A stretch of 64,000 bases of DNA from a phage. The stretch lies in the sequence record PZ166176.1; one strand, written 5' to 3'. Made by a program: the position numbers and the translations under genes. The number at the start of each line of letters is the position of its first letter. Within the stretch, counting starts at the first letter, position 1. Shown piece by piece: positions 35,828 to 45,900 of this stretch. The notes under the pieces are model-generated. The model saw nothing but the letters and a program-made list of their open reading frames with translations. It was not told the DNA's origin and searched no databases.

Positions 35828-36163
35828 ATGGAATTTCAAGAAGCATGGGGACTTGCAAAGGATGCAATAATCCCTTTAATCGGAGTCATCTGGTTCTTTT
35901 TCAAACAAAAAATGGATAAATTCGGCTCTGATCTTGAGGAAATGGAGGAGAAAAGTCGAGAGCTAGAGAAGAAGTTGGTCTTTGTTGAATCAACTTATGC
36001 AACTAAAGCCGAACTTACCCAGATGCTAAATCAAATTAACTCTACATTAATGGCAAATAATAACACCCTTGAGCAAAAAATTGAAAAGATTATGGACCTC
36101 AAGAATGCGACTATCCAAATGATGCTAGATGACATAGTTAAACGTACACAGAATAAGGGGTAA
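35828..36163 (+). CDS. small protein with N-terminal TM helix and coiled coil (111 aa)
   Basis: Hydrophobic AIIPLIGVIWFFF followed by a heptad-like EEMEEKSRELEKKL region. Confidence 0.45.
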   Translation: MEFQEAWGLAKDAIIPLIGVIWFFFKQKMDKFGSDLEEMEEKSRELEKKLVFVESTYATKAELTQMLNQINSTLMANNNTLEQKIEKIMDLKNATIQMMLDDIVKRTQNKG

Positions 36164-36166
36164 TTA

Positions 36167-39100
36167 ATGGCAACATTCCCAACATATCCAGCAACGTCTC
36201 TCGAACAGGGCGTAGACCTGGTTATTTTCTCATCTAACCAACTCCATGATGTTATTAATGGAAGTGCTACAGAGAGTATTGAAACAGAATCAGGGTTGAT
36301 ACCAACCCTGAGAAAAGCCCTTGTTGACAACTTTTTCTTTAAAAGCCCATTGGATTGGGCGCAAGGCACAAACGAAACAGTTTTTAACCAACTTCGTTAT
36401 TTCCAGAATGGAGTATTGAGCGGTTATTACTATGCCCCTAACGCTACATTGGTTAACCCAATCCCTATGCAAGGGACTCCAGTAGGAGATAACAACTGGG
36501 TATTGTGGGGACTGAAGACAGAACAATTGGCAACAGAAGTCACCCCTTGGGTATATTCTGGTGCAACTGGTTATGAAACAGTAATTAGTCCTCCTTACAT
36601 CTTTGATAGTGCTATTGTTACGATCAATGGTGTTATTCAGGTTCTGGGGGAAGCTTTCCGTATAGAAGACAGTAAGATCATCTTATCTGAACCTTTGGGA
36701 CACGATCCTGCAACAGGACTGCCAAACAAGCTTTTTGCTTATATTGGTAAAATCGTAGCTTCAGCAGATACAGATCCTAATCTAGAGAACCGTCTTGTTA
36801 GTTTAGAAACAAAAACGGAAGAACTAACAGAAAGCATGGATAAAGTCCCTCTGCAAGCTATTGCTCGTAAGTATGGTTTGTTAGATGATGAGGTGGCTTA
36901 CGCAACAGCAGGTCAATCGTTAACAGGGATTAAAGCTCTGTATGATCCGGTAGCACAGTCTTCCTACACATTACCTCCTAACATCACAGGAACTTTAACA
37001 TCCTTATCTGTTTCTGGAGTAATGACTTATTCTGGAGGATCTGTAGACCTTTCTGCACTGGCTGTTGAGCGTGGACAGTTTGTTCATTTGCCTACAAGCT
37101 TTGGTAATAACGTAACTCTGACAGCTAAAAATCAGACGATTGGACGTGGTGCTGGTCGTTATCGTTGGGCTGGAAGTTTACCAAAAAGTATTTTGGCCTC
37201 TGATACATTGGAGACAAGCGGAGGATTAGGTCCAAATGCATGGGTTCTGACTAATACAGAAGGACTGTTAACCCCTCGTGGTGGAACATACAACGATCTA
37301 TTCGATGTTGTCTACTTGTCAGAATTTGCTAACAATACAACTACCTATACCACACCAGAAGCAGCTTTCCAGGCGGCACTGTTAGCAGCAAAAGCTTCGA
37401 AAAGCAAGATTCTCGATGCTTACGGTTGCGACATGACTTTCACGACAAGCTCTTTTGATATTCAAGATATCACTTTGCGTGGTGGTGTGTTCCGTGGTCA
37501 ACGCGACTATCGTGTGCAGAATGCTACAGTAGAAGGCACAACTTTCCGTAACTCTCGTGTTATGTATTGGGGTGGTGCTGTGCGCATGTTCGATTGTTTG
37601 TGGGACGGTGCTCCTCGCGCAGGTCAAGTTGGTAGCTTGGTATTCCAAGGCAACCCAATATCAGGTACTTTTGAAATTGATAATTGTACTTTTAAAAACG
37701 GGTTATATGGCATTCTTCAACAAGGAACAGGGGAACCAGTAACACGCGGTGTCTTCCGTAACCTTACCTTCATGGACATGCAAGGTGATGCAATAGAACT
37801 GAACGTCATCAATAAACATTATGACGATGGTTGTGTGATTGAGAATATTTACCTGTCTAATATCGATGGGACTAACGCTCCTATTCCTCTGTCCAACTGG
37901 GGTATCGGTATCGGTGTAGCTGGTAAAGGACCATATGGTTACGGAATCCCTGATGATCAATATTGTAAGAACATTACAATTCGTAACGTTTTTGCAAAAC
38001 GTTGTCGTCAGATTGTCCACGTAGAAGTTGGTCGTAATATCTCTATCGAAAACATTCATGGCGATCCAGATCAAACCGTATCTGTTGGGACAGGTTTGGC
38101 AACTGGCGCAGTTGTAATGTATGGAAGTAAAGACTTTACGATTGATGGTGTTTATGGAGAGCCTAAAACAGACGGTAGCACACTTGCAAGTAATATCCGT
38201 ATGATTTACTTGGAGTGGGGAACTAACGCAGTTCTGGATGAAGAGGGTAATCCGGTAGTTCCGGCACAGGGCAGACCTTCAAACCCATGCTTTAACTATT
38301 CTGTTCGTAACATTCACACCAAAACTGGGCGTGTTTTTGCGGGAGTTTCCGCTGGGCCAGGTTATGAAAACAGAGTTAGCTTTGAAAATATTCGTTGCGC
38401 TGCCTTGCAGTTGTTCGGTATAGCTTCTTGGCTTTCAATGTCTAACATCACCTGTAATATCTTCGATTGTGTTGGTCAACCTGAATCTGGTCCAGGGACA
38501 TTTTATGATGGATTCTTCCGTAGAGAAAAATCTGTTCTTGAAATGGTTAACGTAAACTGTTACCCAGATGGCAAGACGATGGTTACTGGTCGTCCACAGT
38601 GGAGCCGTTGCCGTTACTCGGATATTCATCGTGTCAACTGTAATGTTGAAGCTAATATGTATACCAATATCGCAGGTGGTATTGGAGCTATTGTAGGGAC
38701 AACGGGCAAAGTTTATTACTTAGAGCCTAATCCTAGTCGAAACATTGATGGAATGCATTTCCCAACAGGGAAAGAGTTTGACAAAGGGGATATGATAGTC
38801 AAGGCGGATAATACGTTCTTCCTTGTAACAACAAGTGGGGCATATATTCCAGATATCCCAGCTTTCGGTATTCGAGCTACACAGGCAGGAGATACCTTCC
38901 TGACACAGAACTTGACTCCTAACGGGACAGCAACAAATGCTTCTTGGTTGTATCATTACCCTCTGTCAGCAGGGACACGTATCCGTATTCCTGGCGCTGG
39001 TGTAGGTGGAGCAGATTTGGACACAGTTATTACTCGTGCACCTTATCAAGATAATGATACGTGGACTAACCCAGTTAAAATAGACATTGCAGATCCAATT

Positions 39101-39220
39101 GTAACGCCTACAAGTGCTGGAGTTAGAATTAAAACCATACCTAATGATTCCAGTAATGTTTCTGTAGGTAATACTGCGGTTATTCGCCCAACGCCAGTAG
39201 TAGATGTGCCAACAACCTAA
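36167..39220 (+). CDS. large tail spike / fibre protein (1017 aa)
   Basis: Long ORF; Gly/Asn/Thr-rich repetitive middle region consistent with a beta-helix fold (inference). Confidence 0.5.
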   Translation: MATFPTYPATSLEQGVDLVIFSSNQLHDVINGSATESIETESGLIPTLRKALVDNFFFKSPLDWAQGTNETVFNQLRYFQNGVLSGYYYAPNATLVNPIPMQGTPVGDNNWVLWGLKTEQLATEVTPWVYSGATGYETVISPPYIFDSAIVTINGVIQVLGEAFRIEDSKIILSEPLGHDPATGLPNKLFAYIGKIVASADTDPNLENRLVSLETKTEELTESMDKVPLQAIARKYGLLDDEVAYATAGQSLTGIKALYDPVAQSSYTLPPNITGTLTSLSVSGVMTYSGGSVDLSALAVERGQFVHLPTSFGNNVTLTAKNQTIGRGAGRYRWAGSLPKSILASDTLETSGGLGPNAWVLTNTEGLLTPRGGTYNDLFDVVYLSEFANNTTTYTTPEAAFQAALLAAKASKSKILDAYGCDMTFTTSSFDIQDITLRGGVFRGQRDYRVQNATVEGTTFRNSRVMYWGGAVRMFDCLWDGAPRAGQVGSLVFQGNPISGTFEIDNCTFKNGLYGILQQGTGEPVTRGVFRNLTFMDMQGDAIELNVINKHYDDGCVIENIYLSNIDGTNAPIPLSNWGIGIGVAGKGPYGYGIPDDQYCKNITIRNVFAKRCRQIVHVEVGRNISIENIHGDPDQTVSVGTGLATGAVVMYGSKDFTIDGVYGEPKTDGSTLASNIRMIYLEWGTNAVLDEEGNPVVPAQGRPSNPCFNYSVRNIHTKTGRVFAGVSAGPGYENRVSFENIRCAALQLFGIASWLSMSNITCNIFDCVGQPESGPGTFYDGFFRREKSVLEMVNVNCYPDGKTMVTGRPQWSRCRYSDIHRVNCNVEANMYTNIAGGIGAIVGTTGKVYYLEPNPSRNIDGMHFPTGKEFDKGDMIVKADNTFFLVTTSGAYIPDIPAFGIRATQAGDTFLTQNLTPNGTATNASWLYHYPLSAGTRIRIPGAGVGGADLDTVITRAPYQDNDTWTNPVKIDIADPIVTPTSAGVRIKTIPNDSSNVSVGNTAVIRPTPVVDVPTT

Positions 39221-39281
39221 TGGAATAGAGGGGGATTCCCCCTCTTCTTCCAATAGAATGGTCTAATGATAGGAGAGATAA

Positions 39282-41306
39282 ATGAATTTAACAAGACCTA
39301 ATAGTGCGATAGCCGATCTGGTAGAAGCTACTTATCGAAAACGTCGCAGCTTTGAGGCAGGTTTTACATTACGTAATTCCCGTGAAGTTTTGCTGTTAGC
39401 AGCAGAAGGGAATTATTACCAATGGAAAGGAACTTTTCCTAAAGTTGTTCCAGCAAACTCTACGCCAGCCACCACAGGTGGTATTTCTTCCCTTGCATGG
39501 CAAAGTGTTGGGACCGCTGATGATATAGCAATTATCAATGCCAAGTTTACGGCAATGCAGCAACAGATTGATGATCTGTCGGAAACAATACCTGAAGCTG
39601 GTAAATCGGCTTATCAGATCGCACTTGATAATGGTTTTGTTGGAACAGAAGCACAATGGCTTGCTTCTTTGAAAGGGGATACTGGTGCTCAACTTAATAT
39701 TAAAGGATCATTAGCAAACACTAGTGAACTACCATCCACAGGTAACGTTGCAGGGGATGGTTATATCGTAGGTGATGTAATCTACGCTTGGGATGGTTCT
39801 GTTTGGAAACTTATTTCTTCTCTTGGGCCAGAAGGTAAATCAGCTTACGAGGTATGGTTGGCAGATGGTAATACAGGATCTGTTTATGATTTTCTTACCT
39901 CTATAAAAGGTGATAAAGGTGATGTTGGTCCTACAGGGCCACAGGGAGCACCTGGTGTTAACGCCAACGGTTTTGATTATCGTGGGGATTTGCCTTCTAC
40001 AAGTAACTTACCACAACCAAACTCTGAAAACGTAAGTCAAGCTTATTCTATCAATGGTAATCTTTATGTCTCTAATGGGACAGCTTGGGTCAACATGGGT
40101 AATATTGTTGGTCCTCAAGGTCCACAAGGTGAGGCAGGTAAAGACGGTCTTGATGGAACAGATGGAGATGAAGGGAAGTCTGCATATCAAAGTTGGCTGG
40201 ATGCTGGTAATGAAGGGACAGAAGTAGATTTTATTGCCTCACTTAAAGGTCCAAAAGGAGACAAAGGTGATCAAGGAGAGCGAGGTCCACAAGGTGAACT
40301 AGGTCCACAAGGACCAGTGGGTGCAACAGGATCAGGCTTAGATATTATCGGGGTTCTGAACAGTGAAGCTGAACTTCCTCCTACCGGAGAAGTAGGTGAT
40401 GCATATAAAATTAATAATGATTTATATGTTTGGGTTCAAGATGCTACGGAATGGATGAATGTTGGCAGTCTTGGAGGAACATCAATTACAGCTAAAGGTC
40501 ATGTTCCGAACAGTGAAGCTCTCCCTGTTTATAATAACTATGGCGATGCCTACTTAACTGAAGACACTAGTAATCTTTACATCTATACCTACGATCAAGA
40601 CACCAATTCCGCATCTTTTGTTGACATGGGAAGTATTAAAGGCGACAAAGGTGAAAAAGGGGATAAAGGAGATAAGGGTGATCCTGGAACAAACGGAACC
40701 AACGGTACTGATGGGACCAACGGTAAGGACGGCGCACAGTGGTTTGTAGCAACAACTAATCCAGTCGCAGGAGACGGTGTTATCAATGATTACGCCTTCA
40801 ATACTACCACTGGAGCAGTGTTCAAGAAAACAGATTCTTCTACTTGGACACTTATAGGAACTCTTCCTAGTATACCAGAAGCACCTCAAGACGGCTTGAC
40901 GTATGGTCGTTCTGATGGGAACTGGATTGAAATATCAGGATCAGATCCTACGGAAGCTATAACACCAACTAGAGTTACAGCAGGTTTCATGGAACTTGAA
41001 ACAACTACTGCCAACTCTGGAGCATCTTGGACCCCTTCTGGAACTTCCAATATGTATGTTGTTACAGTAACTGACGCTCTGACAGTTGGAGCATGGCCTG
41101 GTGTCACTGGCTCTACAAAGCCTAAAGCGTTTTCAGCAATGATTTATTTGATTCAAGATACAACGGGACACACGGTTACACTAGATGCGTCTTATGGAGC
41201 ACTGAATGATACAGAAATAGCAACTACTGCTAACGCAGTAACAATTTTGCAATTAACGTATCCTGGTGTGGGTAATGTCGTGGACATGGTTGTTGTAACA
41301 CGATAA
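39282..41306 (+). CDS. collagen-like tail fibre protein (674 aa)
   Basis: Several Gly-X-Y runs (GDKGDVGPTGPQGAPG, GPQGPQGEAGKDGLDGTDGDEG, GDKGEKGDKGDKGDPGTNGTNGTDGTNGKDG) and a threefold repeat GKSAYxxWLxxGNxGxxxDFxxSLKGxKGD. Confidence 0.6.
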   Translation: MNLTRPNSAIADLVEATYRKRRSFEAGFTLRNSREVLLLAAEGNYYQWKGTFPKVVPANSTPATTGGISSLAWQSVGTADDIAIINAKFTAMQQQIDDLSETIPEAGKSAYQIALDNGFVGTEAQWLASLKGDTGAQLNIKGSLANTSELPSTGNVAGDGYIVGDVIYAWDGSVWKLISSLGPEGKSAYEVWLADGNTGSVYDFLTSIKGDKGDVGPTGPQGAPGVNANGFDYRGDLPSTSNLPQPNSENVSQAYSINGNLYVSNGTAWVNMGNIVGPQGPQGEAGKDGLDGTDGDEGKSAYQSWLDAGNEGTEVDFIASLKGPKGDKGDQGERGPQGELGPQGPVGATGSGLDIIGVLNSEAELPPTGEVGDAYKINNDLYVWVQDATEWMNVGSLGGTSITAKGHVPNSEALPVYNNYGDAYLTEDTSNLYIYTYDQDTNSASFVDMGSIKGDKGEKGDKGDKGDPGTNGTNGTDGTNGKDGAQWFVATTNPVAGDGVINDYAFNTTTGAVFKKTDSSTWTLIGTLPSIPEAPQDGLTYGRSDGNWIEISGSDPTEAITPTRVTAGFMELETTTANSGASWTPSGTSNMYVVTVTDALTVGAWPGVTGSTKPKAFSAMIYLIQDTTGHTVTLDASYGALNDTEIATTANAVTILQLTYPGVGNVVDMVVVTR

Positions 41307-41311
41307 CAGAA

Positions 41312-41337
41312 GCCCCGAAAGGGGCTTTCTTTTTATG
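41312..41337 (+). terminator. rho-independent terminator (AGCCCC-GAAA-GGGGCT plus TTCTTTTTAT)
   Basis: GNRA-type tetraloop hairpin followed by a T-run. Confidence 0.8.
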
Positions 41338-41347
41338 GAGGGTTTAA

Positions 41348-44020
41348 ATGTTTCCAATTCCAATATTTACTATTATGACCAGCACTGGTGTCGTTCCTCT
41401 GCCAGCAGGTATTGTTAAAAAAGTAATTACTTTAGATTACCCAGATAATGCTGGTAATTCTAACAGCAGTTTAGCAATTTTGCTTAATGATGGTAGATTG
41501 TTTACTCAAGGCGCAAACCTCTTTGGTGAGATTGCAGATGGAACTCGTAGTGCACGATTCAATAATTTCCACTTAGCTTCTACTGTAGTAGCGGATGTGT
41601 TTACCGCAGATCGTTGTTTTGTTATTAAAACTAACAGTGGGGGATGGCAATATTCAGGATTGACAGCAGGGTTAGTAGGATCTATAGCAGCAGGTGGTAC
41701 GGATGCATGTGTAACTACTTGGACCAGCTTTCCATCTGTAATAACAGGGACTATCTCTTTAGCCAATCTTAAAGAGGTTAAGGGAGGATATAACAACACT
41801 CTCTGGTTAATGAATAGTGGTGTTCTTTATGGATCGGGTCAAAACACAGTAGGTAGTTTAGGTGCAAGCACTACTAACGAAGTTTCTACTCCTCGTCAGA
41901 TAACAAGTTCAGCAGTTGCTTTTGATGCAGGTTACAACCAATGCTCTTATGTCAACAATGTGGGAACCTTGCGTGTTTGTGGAGCTAGTAAAGGTTTAGC
42001 AGGTAATAATAACACAACAACAGCTTTTGTCAATGCCAAGATATCCGCTACTGAAACAGTGTATGTCAAAGATTACATCAATACAGTTTCCCAGACAATA
42101 GTTGTAGGAGATACCTCCGGTGGCACGGGTACAGTAAACTACTTATATGTCAGGTCTAATACAGAAACAACCTACACTAAACTGGATACCTTTGCAGCAG
42201 GTTTCTCAACATGGAAATTTCCACCAAGCCGCCACTCTTTTTTCGTTGGGATCAACAATTCCTTGTGGGCTATTGGTAAGAACTACACTGCAAACTTAGG
42301 TTTGGGGTATGATTCTGCGAGCGGAGATCCACTCCAAGTGGGAAAACCAGTTAAACCTGAAGGAGTGGGTTCTTGGGATATAAACAAGCTCACAAGCGTT
42401 CATACGCTGAATATGGATATTACTAACCAATTAGGTTATCAAGGAACCTTTTTCGTTTATAACGGGGATATGTATTATTCCGGTATTTGGAAAGATGGGA
42501 AAGCCTCGTATCTGTTCAACAGTGGTCTAAATTATAATAAATTCACACCGATAGCAAGCTCTGTGATTACGGGTGATATTCTGGCAACTGGTTTAACTAC
42601 AGATTCTTTAGGAATTTGTATTGTAGGTGGAACTAAACAGTTGACACATTCTGTTAGCCCAGAAGGAGGTAAACTTTTCAATATTAAATACACTTCTTCT
42701 GCCCCTGCAAACATGACAATATCATCCACTGGTTTAATGACTTTCCATGCAGAAGGTGGTTTTGATGCAGGTATGACAGCCTTAAACGCTGAAGGAACAA
42801 CTTTATCAGATACCTCTGGAGGATATGCTTCAACATTGAGTGTTTACACCCCTAGCTTATCTGCGATGGATGTAGGAACAACACAAACAATGGTAGCAGA
42901 AATAACGCCAACAGGAGCAGCAAGCTTACCTGGTATGGTTGTTGAGTATACAACTACAGATCCTAATGTTGCTACAGTAGATCCTACAACTGGTGTAATA
43001 ACTGGTGTTGGTGATGGTGGTTGTAGAATTGGTTGCACAGCTACGTATCAAGGTGTTGTTACCGCTTCTGATAGTTCTTATTTAACGGTGAACGCTGTTG
43101 CGGGAAAGGAGTTAGCTCCATCTCCGAGTAGTAGTTTAACGGTTCTAAACGGATATTTCAACCACTCGGCAGATGGGGCAATTACGTTCCCAATTTTATC
43201 GGGTACTGTCACACCAGCTAACTTTGTAGTTAAGGTGGATGACGTTGTAATACCTTCAAATAAAGTAATATTTAGAAATAAAGCTTTCTCTACAGTGGAT
43301 AGTTATCCAGCAGGAGAATATAGACTGGCTATTGAATTTGCAAGTGCTTCAGTAGTGAATAGTGTTGATGTGTCTATGGAAGCAAATCCAGATCTTTTAG
43401 AATTATGGGGCGGCAACAGAATTGGTTATTCTACAAGCCCAGCCTCACAATTCTTAAAAGGTTGTGCTAACTTAAGACGAATAACTTCTGATTGTTTTAG
43501 TAACACATCTTACACCGGAACATCTATAAGTGGTATCTTCTCTGGCTGTACAAGTTTGACAGCTATCCCTGAAGGATTATTCAGTGATGCTTTATTTCCT
43601 TCAATGACAACAATGTCAAGCACGTTTGAAGGTTGTACATCTTTAACATCTATTCCTTCAGATTTATTTAAGAATCTATCAAAAGTTACAAGATATTCTT
43701 ACACCTTTAAAGATTGCACCTCTCTTGCAGAAGTTCCAGCAGGAATGTTTGATAATATTCCAACGAAAGTGACCTCTTTAACAGCTACATTCCAAGGTTG
43801 TTTAGCACTTACAGATTTTAATAAAATCTTTAATGACAACCCAGGGTTAACGGTTTGTGGTCAACGTGGAGCATTATCTTCTTTCTTTAGTGGATGCACA
43901 AATCTTACAGGAACAGGAGTAACATTAACAAGCACATTAGGTGGAGCAGCTAATAGTTACCTATTCAGGTATTGCACAAAACTTTCTGATTATAACAATA
44001 TTCCTTCGGGTTATAAATAA
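41348..44020 (+). CDS. tail fibre / adhesin with Ig-like domain and C-terminal leucine-rich repeats (890 aa)
   Basis: Ig-like segment (TTTDPNVATVDPTTGVITGVGDGG) and repeated CTSLTxIPxxLF units resembling BspA-type leucine-rich repeats. Confidence 0.5.
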   Translation: MFPIPIFTIMTSTGVVPLPAGIVKKVITLDYPDNAGNSNSSLAILLNDGRLFTQGANLFGEIADGTRSARFNNFHLASTVVADVFTADRCFVIKTNSGGWQYSGLTAGLVGSIAAGGTDACVTTWTSFPSVITGTISLANLKEVKGGYNNTLWLMNSGVLYGSGQNTVGSLGASTTNEVSTPRQITSSAVAFDAGYNQCSYVNNVGTLRVCGASKGLAGNNNTTTAFVNAKISATETVYVKDYINTVSQTIVVGDTSGGTGTVNYLYVRSNTETTYTKLDTFAAGFSTWKFPPSRHSFFVGINNSLWAIGKNYTANLGLGYDSASGDPLQVGKPVKPEGVGSWDINKLTSVHTLNMDITNQLGYQGTFFVYNGDMYYSGIWKDGKASYLFNSGLNYNKFTPIASSVITGDILATGLTTDSLGICIVGGTKQLTHSVSPEGGKLFNIKYTSSAPANMTISSTGLMTFHAEGGFDAGMTALNAEGTTLSDTSGGYASTLSVYTPSLSAMDVGTTQTMVAEITPTGAASLPGMVVEYTTTDPNVATVDPTTGVITGVGDGGCRIGCTATYQGVVTASDSSYLTVNAVAGKELAPSPSSSLTVLNGYFNHSADGAITFPILSGTVTPANFVVKVDDVVIPSNKVIFRNKAFSTVDSYPAGEYRLAIEFASASVVNSVDVSMEANPDLLELWGGNRIGYSTSPASQFLKGCANLRRITSDCFSNTSYTGTSISGIFSGCTSLTAIPEGLFSDALFPSMTTMSSTFEGCTSLTSIPSDLFKNLSKVTRYSYTFKDCTSLAEVPAGMFDNIPTKVTSLTATFQGCLALTDFNKIFNDNPGLTVCGQRGALSSFFSGCTNLTGTGVTLTSTLGGAANSYLFRYCTKLSDYNNIPSGYK

Positions 44021-44022
44021 GA

Positions 44023-44052
44023 AAAGGAGCCAAATGGCTCCTTTCTTTTATT
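44023..44052. terminator. bidirectional rho-independent terminator between the convergent plus and minus modules
   Basis: Hairpin AAAAGGAGCC-AAAT-GGCTCCTTT with A-run upstream and T-run downstream, so a U tract follows the stem on either strand. Confidence 0.8.
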
Positions 44053-44542
44053 CAGCGTTCAACCCTTCCCCATGTTCTTGATGCCAAGCTTCATGGTGCA
44101 GAGGACACAGCCATAGAACATCTAACGGTTTATCATAATCACAATGATGAGCATGAACATCAACAGACCCACACACTTGGCAAGGTTGTTTTACTAACTT
44201 TCCATCTCGGAGTGCGTTACCTACAGCTATATGAGCAGAACGTTTTTTCGGATTCTTTTCGATGTAACGTTTCTTAGCTTCATTAGCCTTATCTTTACCT
44301 TTCCCTTTTGCGTAAGCCTCTTTCAAAGCTTTGCGCTCTGGGGTCTGATCTCTGCTTTTATCATACTCTTTGTAATATTCAGATTTATCTTTACGATTCT
44401 GTTTAACATCTTTCTTATTACATTCCTTGCATTTATTGACGTGACCGTCAGCCATAGCTTTATGTTTGTAAAATTCAGTGAGGGGCTTTAACACCCCACA
44501 CTTGAAACAAACCTTAGAAGCAATGCAGGAAGTTTCGACCAT
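44048..44542 (-). CDS. HNH homing endonuclease (free-standing)
   Basis: C-terminal HNH signature (VHAHHCDYDKPLDVLWLCPLHHEAWH) and upstream Cys cluster (CFKCG...CKEC); start placed at the Met of MVETSC; the longer track ORF to 44740 is out of context. Confidence 0.6.
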   Translation of the reverse strand: MVETSCIASKVCFKCGVLKPLTEFYKHKAMADGHVNKCKECNKKDVKQNRKDKSEYYKEYDKSRDQTPERKALKEAYAKGKGKDKANEAKKRYIEKNPKKRSAHIAVGNALRDGKLVKQPCQVCGSVDVHAHHCDYDKPLDVLWLCPLHHEAWHQEHGEGLNAE

Positions 44543-45446
44543 ATTGCAGTCCAATAGGGGCAAATGGAATATCATCATCGAAGTCCATTGGAGGTTCTTC
44601 TTGATTACTTGGAGTTGGTTCTGGTTGTGGTTCAGGCTTCTTAACTTCTTTCTTCTCTTCTTTCTTAGGTTGTTCTGCGGAACCACGGATGGCAGCAGCA
44701 ACTTTATCAGACAGAGCCAGAACTTTACGAGCAGAGTCAATCAGATCTTCTACAGATACAGTCTTAATGGTATGGTCTTTACAAGCATTGAGGATAGCGT
44801 GACCAACAGATGCCCCAAGATCATAATCATTAATATCAACGCCACGAGATTCAGCAATTTCCGATTTCAGTGTGACAGTTGCAGATTGAACAACCCCAGC
44901 GATATCGAAAGCATCGCCTTTAACACCATTACGAATCAGTTCCAGTGCACCATTTACTGCGTGACCAGTTTCCAGACCTACAGTATCACGTTTTTTATAG
45001 GATTGCTTAGGAGCAGCATCGTTGGAACCTTTATTGCCAGAAGATTTGTTAGACTTCTGAACACCATCGGTAGACAATACTGTAATACGAGATTTTTTAG
45101 TATTGTAGTAAGTTTTACCGCCTTTATTATCAACGCGATCAATATCAATACTTACTTCTACACCTTTTTCAATAGTGATCCAATTATCACCTTCTTTGAC
45201 TTGCAGGTTTTCATAACCTTCTTTCAGTTCAATGTCACCAAGAGAAATCCAAACACCTTTCTCATCTGGTTTAGCACCTTTCTCTTTCAGAACAAGAGAA
45301 GCTCGGTGAGTTGAAACAATCGTTTTTCCTTCCCAATGAAAAGTTTTAGGTTCAGCGAATTTATCCAGTTTAACGTAGTCTACGATACCAGTTGCATAAG
45401 TTACGGTTTTGCCTTTACGATCAGTTTCAGTATTAATTACGGACAT
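44514..45446 (-). CDS. ssb: single-stranded DNA-binding protein with internal DFDDDIPF acidic tip and a 15-aa C-terminal extension
   Basis: Sequence PPMDFDDDIPF matches the conserved SSB C-terminal tip, preceded by a Gly/Ser/Asn/Lys-rich linker; the ORF continues APIGLQYGRNFLHCF past the usual end. Confidence 0.6.
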   Translation of the reverse strand: MSVINTETDRKGKTVTYATGIVDYVKLDKFAEPKTFHWEGKTIVSTHRASLVLKEKGAKPDEKGVWISLGDIELKEGYENLQVKEGDNWITIEKGVEVSIDIDRVDNKGGKTYYNTKKSRITVLSTDGVQKSNKSSGNKGSNDAAPKQSYKKRDTVGLETGHAVNGALELIRNGVKGDAFDIAGVVQSATVTLKSEIAESRGVDINDYDLGASVGHAILNACKDHTIKTVSVEDLIDSARKVLALSDKVAAAIRGSAEQPKKEEKKEVKKPEPQPEPTPSNQEEPPMDFDDDIPFAPIGLQYGRNFLHCF

Positions 45447-45462
45447 TATTATCTCCTCTACA

Positions 45463-45855
45463 TTACATTAATTTTGCACAGAAAGAGCGGAGTCTTTCCA
45501 TATCATCTTGCTCTAACAGGTATTTACCTTTACCTATTCCAACTCCAATTTCACCATTAGGGAAATGAACTATTTGCACTGGAAAACCTCCGAGTTTAAT
45601 TGTGGCAGCTTTGCCTTCTTCGTCTATAACGTTTCGGATTGTATCTTGCAGTGAAATGAATTCTTTGTTTGTAACAGTGGTTTCAATTATTTCAGATGTT
45701 TCAACACGAGCAGTTAGCTTCTTGTTTCCACCTTGAATAACCAAAATTTGAAAATAAAAAGAGTTGTCAAGACCTATAACATTTTTCTCAACTAGTGTCA
45801 AACTGGTATAGTTTCCATAAACAGTTTCAACAGCTATCTTAGAACGTTCAGTCAT
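45463..45855 (-). CDS. hypothetical protein (130 aa)
   Basis: ORF in the replication module. Confidence 0.5.
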   Translation of the reverse strand: MTERSKIAVETVYGNYTSLTLVEKNVIGLDNSFYFQILVIQGGNKKLTARVETSEIIETTVTNKEFISLQDTIRNVIDEEGKAATIKLGGFPVQIVHFPNGEIGVGIGKGKYLLEQDDMERLRSFCAKLM

Positions 45856-45900
45856 TGAATGCTATCCTATCATAAAATGTTTAATATTGTCAAGCTTTAA

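Noticed and set aside
39900-40760. Periodic nucleotide repeats in the collagen-like gene as a non-coding tandem repeat or mobile element
   Set aside because: The periodicity is the Gly-X-Y codon repeat of an intact long ORF with RBS and terminator; it is coding.
44543-44740. Longer N-terminus of the HNH endonuclease ORF
   Set aside because: The extension has no RBS, starts on a non-ATG codon in the track, and would overlap the SSB gene by about 230 nt; the Met preceding the Cys cluster is the more plausible start.
44231-45314. Plus-strand ORFs (86 and 278 aa) opposite the SSB and HNH genes
   Set aside because: Highly hydrophobic, Phe/Leu-rich low-complexity translations antisense to genes with clear functional motifs.
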